A DNA stretch of 64,000 nt from the human T2T-CHM13v2.0 reference genome, Homo sapiens, in assembly GCF_009914755.1 (NCBI RefSeq), contig NC_060928.1. One strand, written 5' to 3'. The position numbers and the translations under genes were made by a program. Under the pieces are notes generated by a model, which saw nothing but the letters and a program-made list of their open reading frames with translations, made no database searches and had not been told where the DNA came from. Below are positions 56,446 through 64,000 of this stretch, piece by piece (the stretch's first letter is position 1; each line of letters begins with the position of its first letter).

Positions 56446-56545
56446 TCTCAGGCCCTATGGATATGAATGGATGAATGCTACTCCTTATTGATGCTCTTTT
56501 TCTTTCACGGTGAGAGATTTGGAAGTGACTTCCTATAGTGTGGAC
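56446..56545 (-). pseudogene. Fossil exon D (HMG-like box 2, C-half)
   Basis: attag|VHTIGSHF(+1 fs)KSLTVKEKEHQ*GVA; phase-0 entry matches exon C; donor uncertain. Confidence 0.5.
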
Positions 56546-56962
56546 CTAATTATATTTGTACTTAATGGCATTTGTTGTCCAATCTACTTGATGGAAGAGA
56601 AAAGGATAGTTTGTTCTTAAAGTTCAATACCAATTTCTTAAAAACCATCGCTGATATTCCACAGTTTCAATTATTAACAGTTACAGGTCCATGAGGAATT
56701 TTTGAATTTTATGACCTTTTCTATAGTTAAAATATATAGGTTGAATTGTTTATTTGCTCATATTTATTTTTCCTTCAGGCAAATATCTTTTCTTTTTTTT
56801 TTTTTTTTTACTAGTTGCTACTTTAAAAGTCTGGTCCCATAAAATATCCAAAAGTGCTTTAAAAAGAATGGAATATGTCTGAAAAATAAAATTGAGTCAT
56901 GATTTATTTTAACAATACTAGTATCTTTTCTGCATCCAAAGTCTGTACTAGAGGAAACTGAC

Positions 56963-57033
56963 TTATATAGAAGAGACATTTGGTTTTAATATAAGGACTT
57001 CTTGGCGGAAGGCTACTTCAGCATGGTGCCTAC
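56963..57033 (-). pseudogene. Fossil exon C (HMG-like box 2, N-half)
   Basis: RHHAEVAFRQEVLILKPNVSSI*|gtcagt, phase-0 end; acceptor at 57034 or 57070. Confidence 0.55.
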
Positions 57034-57573
57034 CTTAATATCATGTCATGTACGCAGCATGATTTAGTCCTCAGAGAATAGCCAATGTTTGAATTTTGAC
57101 AAAATTTTGGATGAACTGCTGAATTTTTTACCCTTTGCTTAAAATGTATTTCATTCAACCATATCATGCATTTGATAACATGTCCTGTGTGCTTTCTCTT
57201 TCACAGCACTCATTACTCTTGTAATCCTCTGTGTAATATATGCATCTGCCACTAAACTGTGAGTTCTGTGAGGTTCAGACTTTTTTGCATCAGTTTTATG
57301 TGCCACTGTTTACTAACTCATCATGTTAAATGAAAGACTGAAGAGATGTATGAGAAAATACCTTGAATGCATTTAAACATAAAATGGTAGAACACAAATG
57401 CTGTAGAATTTTAATACCTTATATAATCTTAAGGAAATTTCAAAGCATTTTTTATTGTATTTATTTAACAAATAAATAGTTAACACATATTACATGTCAG
57501 GCAAAATTTTAAGTGAAAGTCAATATTATCCTCAAACCGTCCTTTGAGGTAAACACTATTATTTTTTAAAACC

Positions 57574-57714
57574 CTTTATTGAGGTATGGTTGACATAAAA
57601 GTCTATACTATTTAATATATACAACTCAATGAGTTAGGGAATCAGTATACTCCTACAAAACTATCACCACCATCAAGGTCATAAACATATCCATCACCTT
57701 CCAAAGTTTCCTTC

Positions 57715-57747
<33 letters not shown>

Positions 57748-59030
57748 TTTGTGTGTGACAAGAACACTTAACATAAGATCTAGGTATACAGCAGAAGTCC
57801 CCAACCTTTTTGGCACCAGATACTGGTTTTGTGGAAAACAATTTTTCCACAGACCAGGGGTCGAGGTGGATGGTTTCAGGATAGTTTAAGCACATTACAA
57901 TTCTTGTGCACTTTGTCTCTAATGTTATTGCAATATAATATGTAATGAAATAATTATACAACTCACCATAATGCAGAATCAGTGGGAGCCCTGAGCTTGT
58001 TTTCCTACAACTAGATAGTCCTATCTTGGGGTGATGAGAGACAGTTAGAGATCATCAGCCATTAGGTTCTCATAAGGAGACCCAACCTAGATCCCTCACA
58101 TGCACAGTTCACAGTAAGATTCATGCTCCTATAAGAATGTAACGACGCTGCTGATATGACAGGAGGCGGAGCTCAAGCAGTAATATGAATGATAGGGAAC
58201 AGTTGTAAATACAGATGAACCTTCGCTTGCTCATCTACTATCCAACTTCTGCTGTGTGGCCTAGTTCCTAACAGGCCACGGTACCAGTCTGTGGCCCGGG
58301 GGTTGGGGATTCCTGGTGTGTGGTACAACATTGTTAGCTTTAGGCACTATGCTGTATAGCAGATTTCCAGAATTTATTCATCTTGTTTAACTGAAATTTT
58401 GTATCCCCTCACCCTCAGCCTCTGTCAACTACCATCCTGCTTACTGCTTGTTTGAATTTGACTATTTTAGACTCCACATATATGTAAGATCATATGGTAT
58501 TTGTCTTTCTGTTTCTGGCCTATTTCACTTAGCATAATGACCACTAGGATTAAAAATATTACAAATGGCAGGGAATTCTTTTTTTGAGGCTGAATAATAT
58601 TCCATCGTATGTATATACTACATTTTCTTTATCCATTCATTTGTTGATAGACACTTAGATTGATTCCATATCTTGGCTATTGTGAATAAAGCAATAATGA
58701 AAATGGGACTGCAAATACTTCTTCAAGATCCAGATTTCAATGCCTTTAGATATATATTCAAATGTGGAATTGCTGGATCATATAGGAGTTCTCTTTTTAA
58801 TTTTTTGAGGAACCCCCATACTGTTTTGCATAATAGTTGCACTAATTTACATTCCCAGCAAAAGTGTACAAAGGGTCCATTTTCTCTACATCTTTATCAG
58901 TACATCTTTAAAAAAGTCATTTTAACAGTTGTGAAGTGATTTTGTGGTTTTGAATTTCTTTTTCCTGATAATTAGTGATGTTGAACACCTTTTCATATAC
59001 CTGCTGGCCATGTGCATGTTTTTTTTTTTT
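57574..59030 (-). mobile_element. L1MA/L1MB 3' fragment interrupted by (TTA)n and MER1A
   Basis: CTTTATTGAGGTATGGTTGAC...GGCTGAATAATATTCC...TTTTTTGAGGAACCCCCATACTG. Confidence 0.8.
57792..58315 (+). mobile_element. MER1A (hAT-Charlie) DNA transposon
   Basis: TIR CAGAAGTCCCCAACC ... GGTTGGGGATTCCTG; internal GAATCAGTGGGAGCCCTGAG. Confidence 0.9.
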
Positions 59031-59484
59031 CTTCTAATACCATACTACATGTAAGGTAATTGAAGCAAGTAAAAATTTCCCCAAGGTCACTCAGAGAGAA
59101 AGGGATTGAGTCAGGATTCAGGCCCAGTTAATCTGGGTCCAAAGACAAGGTTCTTAACAACTACAAGGGGTAAACTTCCCAGCTTTGACAGTCTTTACGT
59201 TTAAGATTTTGGATATCTGTGGTAAATATGGGTACAAAAAAGCATGCATGATTATTCTACATTTTATTAGTTTATGCTAAATAATTGCCATATATGGTAC
59301 ATTTTATGAATCTATAATAAACAGATATACCAATGACAATACGTATAAGTATCCATCAATAATAATAATAATAACCACTTATCAAATTCAGAGAATTCCT
59401 TTGGGTTTTCAAAAACAGGCAAGAACAAACGAAGTTAACACTGATTCAGTTAGAAAACCTCTTTGCTAATAGCTTTATATTTAC

Positions 59485-59542
59485 AGTCTGTTTCCTCTCT
59501 CGATTGAATTCTTCTCCTCCCTTTTCATTCAGATCCTCCCAT
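59485..59542 (-). pseudogene. Fossil exon B (HMG-like box 1, C-half)
   Basis: aattttcatag|A-WEDLNEKGGEEFNRERKQT|gtaaat; phase-2 entry matches exon A; 3' boundary uncertain. Confidence 0.6.
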
Positions 59543-60120
59543 CTATGAAAATTGAGGTGGGAGGACTCCTTGGTAAGGGCCATAATGACAGTGCTATAGA
59601 GTAGCAATTATAGACTGAAGTTTTCTGAAATGGTTTGTACTAGGGAAGAATCCTAATGTATTAACACTGACTGAAATATCCTCTCTTACAAAGCATTGGC
59701 CCAGAAGCACAGGTTTAAGCATACCACAGGTGCTTCTAAGTAAGTAATAGTGTCTATCAATATTTTTTACTTAGTCTGGCAAATCATTCAATGCTTTTAA
59801 AAAGCTGTAGAAAAGTCCCCCTATTTGCTAGAGCATGGATGCAATAGAAGCTATAAAGCCTGTTACACACTTTAAGATAATATTATTCTCAGATCATTTA
59901 ATTCAATATCTGAAAGCTTAACCACTGTATGAAACTGGCAGTTTTTCTGCTTTTGGCAGCACAACTCAATCCCAAATCCTACCCTTACCTCTATAAGAAC
60001 TCAGGAAGTACCAGTAATACTGTACAGCCTTATGTGCATAAAGATACGACTTTCCCATAAACCTCCCTGACCTCTCATGTCTACACTTTTTCTATTTTAA
60101 TATTAATCACAATATATTGT

Positions 60121-60660
60121 TGTAGAGTAAACGCCCCTGATAGCAATAATTTAGGCATACCCTTAGAATGACCCTATATAACAGACACACCTAAATTTAC
60201 GCTCTGAGCTAGGGAACCGGAAGTGGCCAACCTGGAGATTCATTCTTGTCTATGAAGAACATCTGAGCCTCGCGCCCCTCCCGCCTCCCTCCCAACCCCA
60301 CATGTCTTGTGAAACACGTGCCATATAGGGAATCAAGGCCCTTAAATGACGGTGATCATGTGGAGGTCTTTAAGGGGAGTGTGTTAAGTGAAAACGCTAT
60401 ATAAATTGCATGCTGTTTGCAAGTGACTGTGGTTTTCCTGCTCAACTCACTGCTAGCGGGCATGTGGTTACTTTGTTCAACCCATCACTCTGAGTTGTAG
60501 TAAGGCAGATATCTCGTCCAGCTCCCCACCACTGGACTCCTTCCCCTGTAGGTAGGCCTGTAATATAACCCCATGTCTTGTTTGCTGACTCTGGGTCTCT
60601 TCTTCAGCCTCTTGTACCTGGTGCCTTCCCTATCGAGGTTAACAGGGATTCGGCAAAACA
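60121..60660 (+). mobile_element. LTR47-like solo LTR
   Basis: TG...GCATACCCTTAGAATGACCCT...TATATAAATTGCATG...CA; perfect TSD ATTGT (60116-60120, 60661-60665). Confidence 0.8.
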
Positions 60661-60778
60661 ATTGTAGTATATGTTTACTTGTCTCTATTCCTCACAAGGC
60701 TATGATACAAAGTAAGTACTTATTTGATGAACGTAGATTGAAAGGTTGACTAAGCAAAGGCTTATGCTGCTTACTTCC

Positions 60779-61273
60779 TATATTAGTTTTCTATTGCTGA
60801 TGTAACAAATTACAACAAATTTAGTGACTTTCTAGAACATGCAAATTTATTATCTAATAGTTTTGTTGGTCAGAGGTCCAAAGTGAATTTGACCAGACTG
60901 AGATCAAAGGGTCAACAGGGCTTTGTTCCTTTTGGAGCTCTAGGGGAGAATCAATTTCTTTGCTTGTTCAGTTTCTAGAGGCCACCCACATTCCTTGGCT
61001 GTGACCCCTTTCTTCCATCTGAAAAGCAGATGGCCAGTGATCTATAACCACATCTCCCTCTGGTTCTCTTCTGCTTTCCTATTCCACTTGTAAAAATGCA
61101 TTGGCCCACCTGAGCACCCAGGAGTATCTCCCTATTTTAAGGCCAGCTAATTAACAAATTTAATTTCATCTGCAACCTTAATTTCACTCTGACATGTAAC
61201 ATTTACATATTCACATGATCTAAGGATTAAGATGTGGGTGGCTCTGGAGAGGAGTGTATTATTCTACTAATTA
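60779..61273 (-). mobile_element. MLT1D-like LTR
   Basis: TATTAGTTTTCTATTGCTGATGTAACAAATTAC...GCTCTAGGGGAGAATC...CATCTGCAACCTTAATT. Confidence 0.8.
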
Positions 61274-61780
61274 CAGTGCTCCATAACTTTTTGGGCACCA
61301 GGCATTGGTTTCGTAGAAGACAATTTTTTCATAGACTGGGGGTGGGTGAATGGTTTTGGGATGATTCAAACATGTGCACTTTATTTCTGTTATTATTCAT
61401 TGTAATACATAATTACACAACTCACCATAATGCAGAATCAGTGGGAGCCCTGTGCTTATTTTCCTGCAACTGGTTGGTCCCATCTCGAGGTGATAGGAGA
61501 CAGTGACAGATCATCAGGCATTAGATTCTCATAAGGAGTGTGCAACCCAGATCCCTTGCATGCAAAATTCACAACAGGGTTCACTTTCTTATGAGAATCT
61601 AATGCCACCACTGATCTGACAGGGAGTGGAGCACTGGCAGTAATGCAAGTGATGGGAAGGGGCCATAAATACAGATGAAGCTTCCCTCACTCACCTGCTG
61701 CTCACCTCCTGTTGTGCAGCCTGGTTCCTAACAGGTCATGGACTAGTACCGGTCTGTGGCCCAGGGGTTAGGGATCTCTG
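61274..61780 (+). mobile_element. MER1A DNA transposon (second copy)
   Basis: CAGTGCTCCATAAC...GGGGTTAGGGATCTCTG; degenerate 8-bp TSD ACTAATTA/ATTTATTA. Confidence 0.88.
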
Positions 61781-61904
61781 ATTTATTATGGATCCTAAAC
61801 TCTATTCCAAAATCAGCAATATGCTTGATAGTAAAAATGGAATAGAAGGAATTGAATATGGCTCTGAACATCTATTTTCACCTTCAAGCTTCTGTATGGC
61901 TCAC

Positions 61905-62011
61905 TCAGTGTCCTTTTCAACCTCCAACCTTCTGTATAACTTATCTTTTTTTATAAAGAGTTTAAGATTTATTTGCAGTTCTATTTCTTTATGATGAAAC
62001 TAGTCAAAGTT
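61905..62011 (-). pseudogene. Fossil exon A (HMG-like box 1, N-half)
   Basis: catag|NFD*FHHKEIELQINLKLFIKKDKLYRRLEVEKDT-GA|gtgagc; phase 0 to 2. Confidence 0.6.
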
Positions 62012-62067
62012 CTATGTTCAGAAGATACTTGAATTAGTTCTGTATTTTTAAAATTCAGCACAGTTTT

Positions 62068-64000
62068 GTTCTTCTTTTTTTATTAATTTTTATTTTACCT
62101 TATGTTCCAGGATACATGTGCAGAATGTGCAAGTTTGTTACACAGGTATACGTGCGCCATGGTGGTTTGCTGCACCTATCAATCCGTCATCTATTTTTTA
62201 AGCGCCGCATGCATTAGCTATTTGTCCTGATACTCTCTCTCTCCTCCCCCCACACTCCCCACGGCCTCAGTGTGTGTAGTTCCCCTCCCTGTGTCCATGT
62301 GTTCTCAATGTTCAACTCCCATTTATGAGTGAGAACATGTGGTATTTGGTTTTCTGTTCCTGTGTTTGTTTGCTGAGGATGATGGCTTCCAGTTTCATCC
62401 ATGTCCCTGCACAGGACATGATCTCATTCCCTTTAATGGGAGCATAGTATTCCATGGTGTATATGTACCACATTTTCTTTATCCAGTCTATAATTGATGG
62501 GCATTTGGATTGGTTCCACGTCTTTGCTATTGCAAATAGTGCTGCAATAAACATACGTGTGCATGTATCTTTATAGTAGAATGATTTATATTCCTTTGGG
62601 TATATATCCAGTAATGGGACTGATGGGTCAAATGGTACTTCTGGCTCCAGATCCTTGAGTAATAGGCACATTTTATTCCACAGACACATTTTCCTCCACA
62701 ATGGTTGAACTAATTTACATTCCCACCAATAGTGTAAAAGCGTTCCTATTTCTCCACAGCCTTGCCAGCATTTGCCAGCATCTGTTGTTTCTTGACTTTT
62801 TAATAATCACCATTCTGACTGGCATGAGATGGTATCTCATTGTGGTTTTCACTTGCGTTTCTCTAAGGATCAGTGATGTTGAGCTTTTTTCATGTTGTTG
62901 GCCACATAAATGTCTTCTTTTGAGAAGTGTCTGTTCATATTCTTTGCCCACTTTTTGATGGGGTTGTTTTTTTCCTGTAAATTTGTTTAAGTTCCTTGTA
63001 GATTCTGGATATTAGACCTTTGTCAGATGGGCAGATTGCAAAAATTTTCCCCTATTCTGTAGGTTGCCTGTTTACTCTGATGATAGTTTCTTTTGCTCTG
63101 CAGAAGCTCTTTAGTTTAATTAGATCCCATTTGCCAATTTTAGCTTTGGTTGCAATTGTTTTTGGCGTTTTCAAAATGAATCTTTGCCTATGCCTACATC
63201 CTGAATTATATTGCCTAGGTTTTCTTCTAGGGTTTTTATGGCTTTGGGTTTTACATTTAAGTCTTAAATCTATCTTGAGTTAATTTTTGTATAAGTTGTA
63301 AGAAAGGGGCCCAGTTTCAATTTTCTGCATATGGCTAGCCAGTTTTCCCAGCACAATTTATTAAATAGGAGATCCTTTTCCCATTTCCTGTTTTTGTCAG
63401 GTTTGTTGAAGATCAGATGGTTGTAGATGTGTGGTGTTATTTCTGAGGTCTCTGTTTTATTCCTTTGGTCTATATGTCTGTTTTGGTACCAATACCATGG
63501 TGTTTTGGTTACTTTAGCCTTGTAGTATAGTTTGAAGTCATGTAGCGTGATGCCTCCAGCTTTGTTCTTTTTGCTTAAGATTATCTTGGCTATATGGGCT
63601 CTCTTTTGGTTCCATATGAAATTTAATAGTTTTTTTTCCAATTCTGTGAAGAATGTCAAGGGTAGTTTGATGAGAATAGTGTTGAATCTATAAATTACTT
63701 TGGGCAGGATGGCCATTTTTACAATACTGATTCTTCCTATCCGTGAGCATGGAATGTTTTTCCATTTGTTTGTGTTCTCTTTTATTGCCTTAAGCAGTGG
63801 TTTGTAGTTCTCCTTGAAGAGGTCCTTCATATCCCTTGTTAGCTGTATTCCTAGGTATTTTATTCTCTTTGTAGCAATTGTGAATGGAAGTTCATTCATG
63901 ATTTTGCTCTCTGCTTGTCTATTGTTGGTGTATGGAAATGCTTGTGATTTTTGCACATTGATTTTGTATTATGAGACTTTACTAAGTTGTTTATTCAGTT
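62068..64000 (-). mobile_element. L1PA8-like element, 3' part (continues past the window)
   Basis: T-rich tail, 3'UTR, and ORF2 C-terminal fragments ([35 protein letters not shown]). Confidence 0.95.

Noticed and set aside
59672-59735. Extra 64-nt AG/GT-bounded segment between exons A and B
   Set aside because: Exons A and B already join in phase into an HMG-like unit; this segment has no convincing translation.

Overview
AT-rich primate (human-like) genomic DNA dominated by interspersed repeats: a near full-length decayed L1PA (1-5977, minus), two 5'-inverted L1PA insertions with TSDs, a complete THE1 element with TSD, several solo LTRs (MSTA, MLT1, MER4-, MER21-, MER54-, MER67- and LTR47-like), Alus, MER1A, old L1M/L2/MIR fragments and a 35-bp minisatellite. 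No intact protein-coding gene is visible. The main unexplained signal lies in the unique DNA between repeats from ~62.0 kb down to ~34.6 kb. There I can thread about 17 AG/GT-bounded, mostly phase-compatible exon-like segments on the minus strand (~4.2 kb, ~1,400 codons) containing many stops and a few frameshifts. They translate into HMG-box-like, C2H2-zinc-finger-like and coiled-coil segments and a possible tyrosine-recombinase-fold segment. This looks like a lost multi-exon gene (unitary pseudogene) that I cannot name. Repeat subfamily calls are from memory of consensus sequences, not a database search.
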